Below, one piece after another: positions 17,355-27,583 of a stretch of DNA of 63,847 bases. A program made the position numbers and the translations under genes. The notes under the pieces are model-generated. The model made no database searches, had not been told where the DNA came from, and saw nothing but the letters and a program-made list of their open reading frames with translations. The stretch is from a virus (Duplodnaviria; Heunggongvirae; Uroviricota; Caudoviricetes), in IMG/VR virus record IMGVR_UViG_3300042559_001801; one strand, 5' to 3'. The stretch's first letter is position 1. Every line of letters starts with the position of its first letter.

Positions 17355-17942
17355 ATGACCGTAGCATTTGTGTTGGGAAACGGCGTCAGCAGGTCTGGCC
17401 TTCCGTTGGAACAGATTCAAAAATTGGGAAAAATTTATGGGTGTAATGCTCTCTACAGAGAGTTTACACCTGACGTTCTTGTGGCCACAGATCGTGCCAT
17501 CGCTCAGCGAATACAAGAAACAGGATATTCTGCTAAAAATAAATTTTATACTCGCAAACCCATGGACGGCTTAGGTGCTCTGCGTGTGCCAACAGAATAT
17601 TACGGATTCAGTTCAGGTCCAAATGCAGTGGGCATTGCAGCCTTGGATCAGCACAATAAAATTTATATTCTAGGATTTGACATGGGACCAAGCGTACACA
17701 ATCAATTCAACAACATATACGAAGGTACAGAGTTCTACAAGCCATCAGGATCCACACCCACTTATACTGGAAATTGGGTAAAACAATTGGCAAAGATAAC
17801 AAAAGATTTCTCAAACACCCAATTTATTCGCGTTTGCGGCAATACTACAGCACGATTACCAACTTTGGATAATATTACAAATTTGTCTCATGAGGATTTG
17901 GCCACCTTTCAAATGCGGATAAATAATCAAAAGGATCTATAA
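17355..17942 (+). CDS. Maf/DUF115 (MptE-like) Rossmann-like glycosyltransferase-type protein
   Basis: AFVLGNGVSR, IYGCNALY, PDVLVATD, SSGPNA and IYILGFDM motifs. Confidence 0.6.
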   Translation: MTVAFVLGNGVSRSGLPLEQIQKLGKIYGCNALYREFTPDVLVATDRAIAQRIQETGYSAKNKFYTRKPMDGLGALRVPTEYYGFSSGPNAVGIAALDQHNKIYILGFDMGPSVHNQFNNIYEGTEFYKPSGSTPTYTGNWVKQLAKITKDFSNTQFIRVCGNTTARLPTLDNITNLSHEDLATFQMRINNQKDL

Positions 17943-18548
17943 ATGGCTACAGTAAAAAACACCAGCGACGACTACACTATCACAGTAGCAAATGGTCTTG
18001 GCCTGTTGACCATCAATGCTGATCTTGACGTTGTTGGTAACATCACATACATTGACTCCAGCGAACTTAGAGTCACAGACCCATTTATCACAGTGGCGTA
18101 TGACAACAATGGTGCAATACAGAGCATGGGTCTGGTGGCCCAAAAATCCACTACCACCTACGCAGGCCTGCGTTTCAACACAGTGGCAGGTGATTGGGAA
18201 ATTAGCCCAGCGGTCGCAGCAAACGGTGCTCCGATAACAGCATATTCTACTATTTCAACCGGCGGCGCAGCCCCTGGCCTGCCATTTAATTCGGTGCAGT
18301 TCAATGGAGCAGGCACATTCACCGGCAACTCAGCTTTTACATTTGACGCTGGCAATGCCAAAGTAAACATAACAGGACAATTGGTGTTGGCCAACATAGT
18401 GTCAACACCGGCTACCACGCCTGATGTGGCAGCACTGTACAACAAACAAGTTGGCTCCGGCGGCACAGGCGTTTATGTCATAAGTTCCGCAGTCAACGAT
18501 GAACTGGTTAGCAAAACCAAAGCAATTGTATTTGGCATTATATTTTAA
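17943..18548 (+). CDS. Virion/tail fibre-associated protein
   Basis: T/G/N/A-rich; VQFNGAGTFTG motif; located in the fibre cluster. Confidence 0.6.
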   Translation: MATVKNTSDDYTITVANGLGLLTINADLDVVGNITYIDSSELRVTDPFITVAYDNNGAIQSMGLVAQKSTTTYAGLRFNTVAGDWEISPAVAANGAPITAYSTISTGGAAPGLPFNSVQFNGAGTFTGNSAFTFDAGNAKVNITGQLVLANIVSTPATTPDVAALYNKQVGSGGTGVYVISSAVNDELVSKTKAIVFGIIF

Positions 18549-18557
18549 GGAATCAAC

Positions 18558-18875
18558 ATGGCAATCACCAACACTCGGTTATATGATACTAACCCAACCA
18601 CTGTATTTGCAGCAACAGGACAACAAGCTATCACAGTAATGTATTTTTGTAACACAACTTCAACCACTTGCTTGATAGATGTGTTTGTAATTGACAGTTC
18701 TGACAGTACGGGCGCTGCCTTTAGCAATATGGTATATTCTTCACTTGAACTCACAGCAAACGAAACATATGTTATATCATTGGAAAAACTCATACTTGAC
18801 AACGGTGATCTAGTTGAAGTAGAAGCCAGCGTAGCAGATTGTGTCACAGTAACAGTGAGTTCAATCGCTGTGTAA
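18558..18875 (+). CDS. Small beta-sandwich virion protein (hypothetical)
   Basis: Alternating beta-strand pattern, C-terminal LDNGDLVEV motif; co-transcribed with the fibre genes. Confidence 0.55.
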   Translation: MAITNTRLYDTNPTTVFAATGQQAITVMYFCNTTSTTCLIDVFVIDSSDSTGAAFSNMVYSSLELTANETYVISLEKLILDNGDLVEVEASVADCVTVTVSSIAV

Positions 18876-18876
18876 C

Positions 18877-19275
18877 ATGGGAAACTGGACAAAAAATCGT
18901 GTTTTGGAATCCGGCAGCACTTCAGTTGTAATGCCGTCGGGTAGTTCTGGAACTCGTCCATTGGCTCCCGTTTTTGGTCAGTTTAGATTCAACACCGATA
19001 GTGCCAGTGTAGAATTTTATAACGGATCAATCTGGGTTACTTTGGCCAACGGTGGCGGTGTGTCATATGATGTTGACAGTTTTGTTGGCGACGGCAGTAC
19101 TACTGTGTTCACAATGTCTATTCCTGAAAGTCTGGCGTCACAACTGATTGTGTTTGTGGGCAGTGTCTATCAAATACCCACTACAAACTACACTGTAAAC
19201 GGTGGTTTCAGTATTACATTTACCAGTGCTCCGCCAAATGGATTGCCAATCAATGTAATTCACAGCACCAGTTAA
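18877..19275 (+). CDS. Virion structural protein sharing modules with the fibre genes
   Basis: PSG...RP...GQFRFNT and GDGSTTVFT modules also occur in 21396..22715 and 22862..26779. Confidence 0.6.
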   Translation: MGNWTKNRVLESGSTSVVMPSGSSGTRPLAPVFGQFRFNTDSASVEFYNGSIWVTLANGGGVSYDVDSFVGDGSTTVFTMSIPESLASQLIVFVGSVYQIPTTNYTVNGGFSITFTSAPPNGLPINVIHSTS

Positions 19276-19305
19276 CTAACTAAATACCCTGTTAGGGAAA
19301 AACCA

Positions 19306-21396
19306 ATGGCCATTAGTAAAATTGCAGGACAGATGTTGAAAGACAATCTCGAAAGAGACGGTGCTAATCTGGCAATTTCTGACACTGTGGCTGATACTCC
19401 AGTGGTGTTTGTTGACATACCCAACAGTCGTGTTGGATTTAACACTGCTGCACCTAACGCTACCGTAGATGTAGTGGGAAATATTCTAGCAGGAAATATT
19501 GCTGCGGCAGCAAACATATCGTCTGTGACACAGATATCCAATGTGCTGGTAGTTGTACAAACTGCCAACATTGGTGGTGTTAATATTGTAGGCAATGCTA
19601 TTTCTGCAGACTCTGGTATATTGGCACTGGGATCTGCTGCAAACATTTCAATCACCGGCGGCTCACTCAATTACATTCTATCCACAGACGGAACAGGCAA
19701 TCTATCCTGGGCGTCAATTAGCAATGTTGGCGCCATCGGCAATAACATTGCAATGGGCACCAACACATTGGGAAATCTTGTTAGTAATGCAGTTACATTG
19801 ACAACCACAACATCTGTCACAGATGGTATAACACAATTGAACTTGGTGCTGGGCAAACTGGTACCACCTAGCCCGCCCAATTTTCCCGGCGGCCAAACAC
19901 TCAGTATATCCAGTGTTGCGACCTACAGAATGGCCAACATTGTTCAGACTGACAACACTCCTGGTGCCAACAAAGCAGTTGCAGCCGGCACCTCGGTGGC
20001 CAGTGTGCGTAGAGCAGCTACTTACGCCACCAACACTATCAGCACAGTGGGGCCTGGAGATACTGGTGTAATTACCGCAGTGGTCAATGGTGCCAATGTG
20101 GGAACAGTGACACTCAATGCTGCGGCAACCCCAACTGCCAATGGCACATACGGCGGCAATCTTGTTATCACTAACAACTATGATTACAATGTGGCCAATG
20201 CCAGTGTTGCATCAGGTTTTTGGTATGTGTTTTCGTCGGCAATTTCTGGCAGTAATGCACCGGCCGGGTGGAATGAACTTTACATAGCAGATTCTGCTGT
20301 GGGCAATACCAATACCCCCAGCTGGTACTATGACAACAGCAGTCCTGCAACTCCCAGTTTCAGCAGCAGCACAATGACACCACCGGGGTCACCAACTGTG
20401 GCCTACAGCAGTACTATTCCGCATTACACCAGTGCTACTCAATTTGCCATTACTGCCAATGTGGCCAATGTCAGTGGCAATACATATCCAACTTCAAATG
20501 TGTTAGCGTCTGGCACTGCTGCCGGAAGTTTTGCAGCGCCTGCGTCAGTCAATTACAATGCCAGCAACATTGGCAGCAATGTGCTTAATTCTTTTGCATC
20601 AGCGTCTTTTTCAACAACCAGCACTGTGACCACTGGATTTGGATCTAGCTCAACAGGGCCCAGTATAAGTGTCAACAACAGTTACAGCACAGGTACATTG
20701 ACGTTGACCGCAGCACTGGGCAATATAGTACTGCGTAAAACTGGTTCTGCTACCGCAGTGGACGAAGGCAACATTGTTGTGACCAGTGTTGGTTCTGGCA
20801 GTGGAAATGCTGTGCGTATTGTGAACCCCGGCAGTGGAAACACACCTGCGTACACGGGCAGCGAAGCAAATTTTGATAGCCAATCATCTACTTTGGAAAC
20901 ATACGATGCTGTTGTGGTAGGCAGTGCGTCTCAGGGTGTGCTCAAACACGATCAAACCAACTATGCCACTGGGTATTTGCCAGCAGGCCCCAATCTAAGC
21001 GCAGGCCGATCTGGAACACAGTACTTTACATTTAAGTTTGTGCGGGCCGATGTGAGTAAATTTGATATCACCTATGCTGGCAATGTGGCCGGCATGTGGG
21101 TGGCATTGCCCGGCAGTGTGATAGACGCCAGTTCTGGAGCAAACGGTTGGATCAACATGACAGTGGCCTACGCAGGAGCCGGATATCCCGGTGTCAACTC
21201 GCCCGGCAACGGGTCTGATGGTTGCAGTCTTGGCGGTGTGGTTGTGCCCAATGTGAACACAGCAAGCGTCAGCAAGACCTGTACATTTGGCACAGTGTCA
21301 AGTTCAAGCACTGGCACAAACGAAATTTATGTGAGACTGAGTCTTACATCTGGTCAATCAGTTACTGGCCTTTCATTAAAAGCAGCGAGTAACTGA
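19306..21396 (+). CDS. Large S/T/G/N-rich virion structural (fibre/baseplate appendage) protein
   Basis: MAISKI.GQML N-terminus, beta-rich composition, late promoter at 19281-19286. Confidence 0.65.
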   Translation: MAISKIAGQMLKDNLERDGANLAISDTVADTPVVFVDIPNSRVGFNTAAPNATVDVVGNILAGNIAAAANISSVTQISNVLVVVQTANIGGVNIVGNAISADSGILALGSAANISITGGSLNYILSTDGTGNLSWASISNVGAIGNNIAMGTNTLGNLVSNAVTLTTTTSVTDGITQLNLVLGKLVPPSPPNFPGGQTLSISSVATYRMANIVQTDNTPGANKAVAAGTSVASVRRAATYATNTISTVGPGDTGVITAVVNGANVGTVTLNAAATPTANGTYGGNLVITNNYDYNVANASVASGFWYVFSSAISGSNAPAGWNELYIADSAVGNTNTPSWYYDNSSPATPSFSSSTMTPPGSPTVAYSSTIPHYTSATQFAITANVANVSGNTYPTSNVLASGTAAGSFAAPASVNYNASNIGSNVLNSFASASFSTTSTVTTGFGSSSTGPSISVNNSYSTGTLTLTAALGNIVLRKTGSATAVDEGNIVVTSVGSGSGNAVRIVNPGSGNTPAYTGSEANFDSQSSTLETYDAVVVGSASQGVLKHDQTNYATGYLPAGPNLSAGRSGTQYFTFKFVRADVSKFDITYAGNVAGMWVALPGSVIDASSGANGWINMTVAYAGAGYPGVNSPGNGSDGCSLGGVVVPNVNTASVSKTCTFGTVSSSSTGTNEIYVRLSLTSGQSVTGLSLKAASN

Positions 21397-22715
21397 TGGC
21401 CATTGCAATTGCACAATATGTTGACCTGCTGTTCAAGAAGCTGCAAGGCGTAGCAAAAACAGCCAACAGTGTAACCAAAGGAGCATCCAACGAAAGCATT
21501 GCCAGCCCGGCATTTATCCGTGGCGACATTGTGTGGATGCAGTCCGACCAGATTACTTCTACGGCTGCGGCAATTGCCAACATTGCCAACGCTAGAATAA
21601 ATGGAAATTCTGTAGAATGCATAGCAGATATCACGGTGCCACCTATTGGCGGCATACGCCCCACTTGGTTGTCCAATGTGACCTACTGGATCCCGCAAGA
21701 ATTTGGGCCCACTTGGTTGCCAAAAGTGTTTGTGGGCCCGACAGGCGCAGCCAATATACAAGCAACAGGCACACAGATATTCACTGCTGGTATCGGCGGC
21801 GTTGGTGAATACTTTTTTGACACACAGGCCGGGGTACTTAATTTCATTGGTGAAACTATTCCCAGCGTACTCACAGCAGGCAATGTGGTGTACATTTCTG
21901 GCTATGAATACATAGGCGCTCTTGGGGTAACCAATAATCCAGGTAATGCAATCATTGGCAATTTAACCATAGCCAATACTACTATATCAACATCGTTGGT
22001 TGATGGCAACATAACTCTTGCTGCAACAGGCAACGCCATAGTACAAATTACCGGCACTGCCGGCGTGTCAATTCCATCGGGCAACACAGCTCAACGGCCG
22101 GATCCGGCCGTTGAAGGCACATTGCGATTCAACACAGCCACAGGCATTGTGGAAATCTACACAGGAACTGCGTGGAAAGGTGCTGGCGAAGTAATAGCAT
22201 CCATTACCAATCAAACAATCAATGGCGACGGCAGCACTGCCACTTTTACCCTGGATAACCCGGCCACCGCAGCCAGTATTTTGGTCACTATCAACGGCGT
22301 TAATCAAACTCCAGCAGTTGATTACACTGTGGCCAATGATGTAGACATAACATTTACCACAGTTCCTATTACATCAGATGTGATACAAATTCGATTTATT
22401 TCACAAGTTACCACTGTTGCTTCGGTCACAAACGCCAGTGGCAACACATCAGTCACGGCCACAGACAGCGGAAACATCAACTTTGAGATAAATAATTCCA
22501 CAGTAGCACAGATAACCAATGCCAGCATTTTGGATATCAGTGCCAGCCACAGCCTTCAATTGCCCACATACACAGTGGCAGAGGCCACTGGTCTAGCCAA
22601 TGTAGCAACAGGACAGGTGATCTATGTTTCCAACGGAGCAGCCGGATCACCGTGTTTAGCGGTCTACAGCGGCGGCTGGAAACAAGTTGCCATCGGCAAC
22701 GCCATCACAACTTGA
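21396..22715 (+). CDS. Virion structural/fibre-associated protein
   Basis: Shared PSG..RP..GTLRFNT and NGDGSTATFT modules; translationally coupled to the previous gene. Confidence 0.65.
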   Translation: MAIAIAQYVDLLFKKLQGVAKTANSVTKGASNESIASPAFIRGDIVWMQSDQITSTAAAIANIANARINGNSVECIADITVPPIGGIRPTWLSNVTYWIPQEFGPTWLPKVFVGPTGAANIQATGTQIFTAGIGGVGEYFFDTQAGVLNFIGETIPSVLTAGNVVYISGYEYIGALGVTNNPGNAIIGNLTIANTTISTSLVDGNITLAATGNAIVQITGTAGVSIPSGNTAQRPDPAVEGTLRFNTATGIVEIYTGTAWKGAGEVIASITNQTINGDGSTATFTLDNPATAASILVTINGVNQTPAVDYTVANDVDITFTTVPITSDVIQIRFISQVTTVASVTNASGNTSVTATDSGNINFEINNSTVAQITNASILDISASHSLQLPTYTVAEATGLANVATGQVIYVSNGAAGSPCLAVYSGGWKQVAIGNAITT

Positions 22716-22861
22716 AATAATTTTTTCCCTGCTTCATTGTCAATTTAACAACTGCTGAGCAGTGTATTCCTACGATTTTGGTAAATAACACTGTAATACT
22801 ATACATTTGGCAAAATAAGTTGTTGGGTGAGCGAAACAGAATACCAAAACGGGAGTTTTAA

Positions 22862-25800
22862 ATGGCTGTAACAAGAATTAAGAATAATCAGATCACTGAT
22901 GCAACCATTGTTGCCAGTTCAAAGTTGGTTGATTATTCGATCAGTGCGGCAAAAATCGCCAACAACTTGACATACGGGTCAGACTTGACCATCACCGGGA
23001 ACTTGACAGTTCAAGGTAATACCACTGCAATTGACACCAACATCACTACCATTGAAGATCCAGTTATTTTGCTGGCATCAACACAGACAGGTAATGCAGC
23101 AGTTGACATTGGTTTCATTGGACAACGCGGTTTGCAAACAAACATTGCGTTTGTGTGGGATGAAAGCCAGGGTGTTTTTGTAACAGCATTCACAGACACA
23201 CCTGAAACAGCAACAACAATCAACATCACTGCGTATGCCAGCACAAAAGTATTGAATTCAGAAGTGACTGGCAATCTAGCTGTCACCGGTCAGAGCAATT
23301 TGGCCAACATCCTAGTTGCTGCAAATTCATCTGTGAGTTTTGGCAACAATAAAATTAGCAATGTGGCTGACCCAGTAGGCGCTCAAGACGCAGCAACCAA
23401 AAACTATGTTGACAGTGAACTCAGTAGTTCTGCGTTTAGTATCAGTGATGGGGTTACTACAGAATCAATTGTTGGCGGCGACACCATTGACTTTGAAGGC
23501 AGCACAAACATCACCGTTGCAGTTGCCTCGGTCACTGGCAATATAAGCAGTGTCACTGCCACACTGACAAACGACGTCTCTATCAGTGGCAACTTTAGTG
23601 CCACTGGAACAATCACATCAAATACCACAATCACAGGTGGCAATGTGGCCACTGGTGGCACAGTCAGTGCTACTGGCACAATCACAGGTGGCAATGTGGC
23701 CACTGGTGGAACTGTCAGCTCCACCGGAACTGCCACAGTGGGTAATTTGGACACAGGTGGAACTGTCAGCTCAACCGGAACTGCCACAGTGGGTAATTTG
23801 GCCACAGGTGGCACTGTCAGCGCGACCAGTACAATCACTGGTGGCAATGTCAGTGCAGGCAGTGGATATATTTCTACAACTGGCAATGTCAACGCTGGCA
23901 ATGTCAACACAACAAGTATTGTTGGTGCAACAGTAACTGTTACATCTGCAGGTACTATTACATTTGCTGGCACACAGATTGATGCCAACAGCACAAAAAT
24001 TATTAATCTGGGTACTCCAACTGCTGGAACTGATGCTGCCAATAAAGATTATGTTGACAGCGTAGCACAAGGATTGAATATCAAAGCGTCAGTTCGTGTT
24101 GCTACTGCTGCTGCACTGCCAGCATACACCTACAACAATGGTACTGCTGGAGTTGGTGCAACTATTACTGCCGATGCAGTTGGTGCATTGGTTGTGGACG
24201 GGCAAACACTCACAGTGGTAGGTACTAGAGTTCTAGTTAAAAACGAAATAGGTGATGTTTCCGGCGCAAACTCAGCATACAACGGTATCTACACATTGAC
24301 CACAGTTGGCACTGGCGGCGTGGCATTTGTGTTGACTCGTTCATTGGATATGAATGTGGCAGCAGAATTTGATGGTGCATTTACTTTTGTTTCCATTGGT
24401 ACTGTAAATGCAGACACTGGTTGGGTACAAACAAATGAAATTGCCACAGTTGGTACAACTCCGGTGTATTGGACACAGTTCTCCGGCGCTGGAGAATACA
24501 CTGCTGGCAATGGTTTAACTTTAACAGGCACAGTATTCAGCGTCAATGTTGACGAAGTCACAACCACAATCAGCGGTGACAATGTTATTGTCAAAGCAAG
24601 CGCTCAATTTACCACACCAAACATTGGTGCTGCTACCGGTACAAGTTTAAGTGTCACTGGTACAATTGCTGCTGATGGCACAGCCACAGTAGGTAATGTT
24701 GCAACTGGTGGAACTGTCAGTGCAACCGGCAACATCACCGGTGGTAATATTTTAACAAGTGGTGCAGGCGGCGCCATTTCTGGTTCTGGTAATATCACAG
24801 GTGGTAATATCTTAACAGGTGGATTAATTAGTGCAGCTGGCACTGTTACAGGTGGCAACATTGCCACTGGTGGAACAGTTAGTTCAACTGGAACTGCTAC
24901 TTTAGGTAATGTTGCAACTGGTGGCACAGTCAGTGCTACTGGTACAATCACATCAGCCGACACAATCACCGGTGGCAACTTGGCCACAGGCGGCACAGTC
25001 AGTGCAACTGGCACAGCCACAGTAGGCAATTTGGCCACAGGTGGCACAGTCAGTGCAACCGGCACTGCTACTGTAGGTAATGTGGCTACAGGTGGCACTG
25101 TAAGTGCTACAGGCAATATCACCGGCGGTAATATCACAACAGCTGGTACCAGCACACTGGGCAACATTGTGATCAGCGGTGACGATATCACTGACACAAA
25201 TGGCCGAGTAAACTTCAACACAGCCGGTGGCGATGTGGACTTTGCAGTCAACGGCGACACAGTGGCCAATGTGTTCTATGTGGATGCCGGCACAGGCACA
25301 GCCAGTTTTGGTAGTGCTACACAAACTACCGGTGCTGTGCTAGCATTGAACGCTGTTACATCGTTCTTGGTTCCGGTTGGAAATATTGGTCAACGACCAA
25401 CTGGTGTAACTGGTATGTTGCGTTTCAACAGCCAAGAAAACTATATGGAAGTGTTCGACAACACTGAATGGACAGCAGTTGCTGCGCCACCTATCACTGT
25501 GATCACTGACGACCAGTTCAACGGTGACGGCAGCACAACAGTGTTTACATTGAGTGTGGCATCTACCACAGCTGGTACTATTGTGGCAATCAACGGTGTA
25601 CAACAGTTGCCCACAGTGGCCTACGCCATATCAGGTACAACACTGACATTCACAGAAGCTCCAGCATCAGGCGACGTGATTGACAGTCGTGTGTTGACCA
25701 CTACCAGCTCTGTTACTGCTCTACAAAACGGCAACAGTTCTGTTCAAATTCCATCCAGCGCCGGCAACATTGTTACCGATGTCAACGGTACAACAATAAT

Positions 25801-26779
25801 GACTGTGAGTCCCGGCCTAGTAAATATACAAGGCAACTTGACTGTGAGTGGCAACGCCACACTGAGCGGCAACATTCTAGGCGATAGAATCCAAAACGGC
25901 ACAACCAGTTTGGATATTCAATCACCTGGTGGCAATGCCAACATCAGTATAGGTGGTACCAGCAATGTGGCAGTGTTTACCACTGCTGGATTAAATGTTA
26001 CTGGGGTAATTAGTGCAACCGGCAACATCACTGGTAATTATATTTTTGGTAATGGCTCGCAACTGACTGGTATTGATGCAACTAGTATTCAAAATGGCAC
26101 ATCAAGTTTATCAGTTATTGCCAGTGGTGGAAACATCCGTGGCAACATAGCTGGCAACACCGTAACAACAACACACGCAGGCGGGTTTGATGTGACTGGC
26201 AATATAGTCTTGAGCGGTGGAATTCAAGACTATGCCCAATTGGATATCCAGACCACCGCCGGCAATGCCAATATCGTGTTGACACCCCATGGCACTGGTA
26301 ATGTTAACTTTGGCAGCAACATCATGCCAACAGCCAATGCCACTGCCAATATTGGCAGTGCTACATCAAGCTTCAACACTATATTTGCCAAAGCAACATC
26401 GGCACAATACGCTGACTTGGCAGAGAAGTATGCAGCAGATGCTGAATACGCTCCAGGCACAGTGGTATCGTTTGGTGGTGATGCAGAGGTCACTGCCAGT
26501 ATCGATGCCGACAGTCGTGTAGCAGGTGTGGTCAGTACAAACCCAAGTTACATCATGAACGGTGGATTACAAGCCGAACATGTTGTCACAGTGGCGTTGA
26601 CAGGTCGTGTACCAACTCGTGTCACTGGAACTGTACGCAAAGGTGATTTGATGGTAAGCGCTGGCGATGGCGCAGCTCGTGCTGAAGCTGTTCCAGCACC
26701 AGGTACAATCATTGGTAAAGCACTGGCCAACCATGACGGTGCAGAAGGTACTATAGAAGTGGTAGTGGGACGCTTCTAA
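22862..26779 (+). CDS. Long tail fibre / beta-helix protein with C-terminal intramolecular-chaperone-like domain
   Basis: 1305 aa; ~17-aa GN(V/L)ATGGTVS(A/S)TG repeats; two DAA(T/N)K.YVD motifs; C-terminal YADLAEKY...VALTGRVP...GDL...IIGKAL. Confidence 0.8.
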   Translation: MAVTRIKNNQITDATIVASSKLVDYSISAAKIANNLTYGSDLTITGNLTVQGNTTAIDTNITTIEDPVILLASTQTGNAAVDIGFIGQRGLQTNIAFVWDESQGVFVTAFTDTPETATTINITAYASTKVLNSEVTGNLAVTGQSNLANILVAANSSVSFGNNKISNVADPVGAQDAATKNYVDSELSSSAFSISDGVTTESIVGGDTIDFEGSTNITVAVASVTGNISSVTATLTNDVSISGNFSATGTITSNTTITGGNVATGGTVSATGTITGGNVATGGTVSSTGTATVGNLDTGGTVSSTGTATVGNLATGGTVSATSTITGGNVSAGSGYISTTGNVNAGNVNTTSIVGATVTVTSAGTITFAGTQIDANSTKIINLGTPTAGTDAANKDYVDSVAQGLNIKASVRVATAAALPAYTYNNGTAGVGATITADAVGALVVDGQTLTVVGTRVLVKNEIGDVSGANSAYNGIYTLTTVGTGGVAFVLTRSLDMNVAAEFDGAFTFVSIGTVNADTGWVQTNEIATVGTTPVYWTQFSGAGEYTAGNGLTLTGTVFSVNVDEVTTTISGDNVIVKASAQFTTPNIGAATGTSLSVTGTIAADGTATVGNVATGGTVSATGNITGGNILTSGAGGAISGSGNITGGNILTGGLISAAGTVTGGNIATGGTVSSTGTATLGNVATGGTVSATGTITSADTITGGNLATGGTVSATGTATVGNLATGGTVSATGTATVGNVATGGTVSATGNITGGNITTAGTSTLGNIVISGDDITDTNGRVNFNTAGGDVDFAVNGDTVANVFYVDAGTGTASFGSATQTTGAVLALNAVTSFLVPVGNIGQRPTGVTGMLRFNSQENYMEVFDNTEWTAVAAPPITVITDDQFNGDGSTTVFTLSVASTTAGTIVAINGVQQLPTVAYAISGTTLTFTEAPASGDVIDSRVLTTTSSVTALQNGNSSVQIPSSAGNIVTDVNGTTIMTVSPGLVNIQGNLTVSGNATLSGNILGDRIQNGTTSLDIQSPGGNANISIGGTSNVAVFTTAGLNVTGVISATGNITGNYIFGNGSQLTGIDATSIQNGTSSLSVIASGGNIRGNIAGNTVTTTHAGGFDVTGNIVLSGGIQDYAQLDIQTTAGNANIVLTPHGTGNVNFGSNIMPTANATANIGSATSSFNTIFAKATSAQYADLAEKYAADAEYAPGTVVSFGGDAEVTASIDADSRVAGVVSTNPSYIMNGGLQAEHVVTVALTGRVPTRVTGTVRKGDLMVSAGDGAARAEAVPAPGTIIGKALANHDGAEGTIEVVVGRF
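23630..23900 (+). repeat. Coding tandem repeats, block 1 (~51-nt unit; edges approximate)
   Basis: Repeated ggcaatgtggccactggtggcacagtcagt-like units. Confidence 0.75.
24650..25150 (+). repeat. Coding tandem repeats, block 2 (~51-nt unit; edges approximate)
   Basis: Repeated GN(I/L/V)ATGGTVSATG units. Confidence 0.75.
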
Positions 26780-26797
26780 ACAGGTAACGCTGTACAG

Positions 26798-26825
26798 GAT
26801 AGGGTCTTCGGACCCTATCTTTTTA
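26798..26825 (+). terminator. Rho-independent terminator with UUCG loop
   Basis: gatagggtc-TTCG-gaccctatc followed by a T-run. Confidence 0.85.
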
Positions 26826-26843
26826 TCGGATAGGTAGAATATT

Positions 26844-27167
26844 ATGACAGTAAGCATTGGACCAGGATGGACGATAGGAGCAGGTTGGCAAATAGGTGTA
26901 GAAGTATTTCTTACTACTACAGGTGCTCAAAATTATGCAGCCGATGGTGCAACCATGAACACTTTCAGAGTGTTACTCAGAGGCGGCAACTGGGATGAGT
27001 TTTATGCAAATTATACCAACGGCACTTGGTCTTGTGTAGAAATTCCTGGATCAGTAGTCGTCAATATGGCTATCCCTGATCCTAGCGAACCAGAGAGTCC
27101 AAGCATTACCATCACTGGTGGCACGTTTGTTCTGAATAACTCCTACACTTTCCAAGGATACGCATAA
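26844..27167 (+). CDS. Hypothetical protein, paralog A
   Basis: Starts V(S)IGPGWTIGAGW and ends YTFQGY, as does the next gene. Confidence 0.7.
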   Translation: MTVSIGPGWTIGAGWQIGVEVFLTTTGAQNYAADGATMNTFRVLLRGGNWDEFYANYTNGTWSCVEIPGSVVVNMAIPDPSEPESPSITITGGTFVLNNSYTFQGYA

Positions 27168-27169
27168 TC

Positions 27170-27502
27170 ATGCCAGTAACAATAGGACCAGGATGGACCA
27201 TAGGCGCAGGGTGGGCAATAGATGGTGGCCCCACTCTTGTCACGACCAGCAGTGGTCAAAACGTTGGCGGCAGTCCAAACACTCAAGGATTTTTCTTTGC
27301 TGTGTTAAACAGAAGCGAACCGGGTTGGGATTACTTTGCAGCCAATGGCAACAACGGAAATTGGACAGCCACTGGTGATTTTGGCAGCGGTACTGCCACT
27401 GTTCCTGTACTCAGCGTGCCACAAGATGCTGATTCAGTTTACCCAATAGTAAGCGGCGGCCTATTTCAGCCTGGGTTATTTTATACTTTCCAGGGATATT
27501 AA
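27170..27502 (+). CDS. Hypothetical protein, paralog B
   Basis: Starts VTIGPGWTIGAGW and ends YTFQGY. Confidence 0.7.
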   Translation: MPVTIGPGWTIGAGWAIDGGPTLVTTSSGQNVGGSPNTQGFFFAVLNRSEPGWDYFAANGNNGNWTATGDFGSGTATVPVLSVPQDADSVYPIVSGGLFQPGLFYTFQGY

Positions 27503-27519
27503 ACTATAATTTTTAACTC

Positions 27520-27550
27520 AAAACAGGACTCTTCGGAGTCCTGTTTTTTT
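27520..27550. terminator. Rho-independent terminator with UUCG loop
   Basis: aaaacaggactc-TTCG-gagtcctg-ttttttt, followed by TAAATA at 27554-27559. Confidence 0.85.
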
Positions 27551-27583
27551 GGCTAAATACAGCTAACAAACTGGAAAAAATCA

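Noticed and set aside
22716-22861. Possible structured leader before the long fibre gene
   Set aside because: A late promoter is present (22782-22787), but I could not find convincing stems.
23630-25150. CRISPR-like or non-coding repeat array
   Set aside because: The repeats are degenerate at third codon positions, lie in frame within the fibre ORF and have no unique spacers.
23404-25324. Long antisense ORFs (23404..24042, 24604..25269; similarly 46499..47125 and 52324..53070)
   Set aside because: These are shadows of repetitive or biased sense-strand genes, with no start signals or recognisable motifs.
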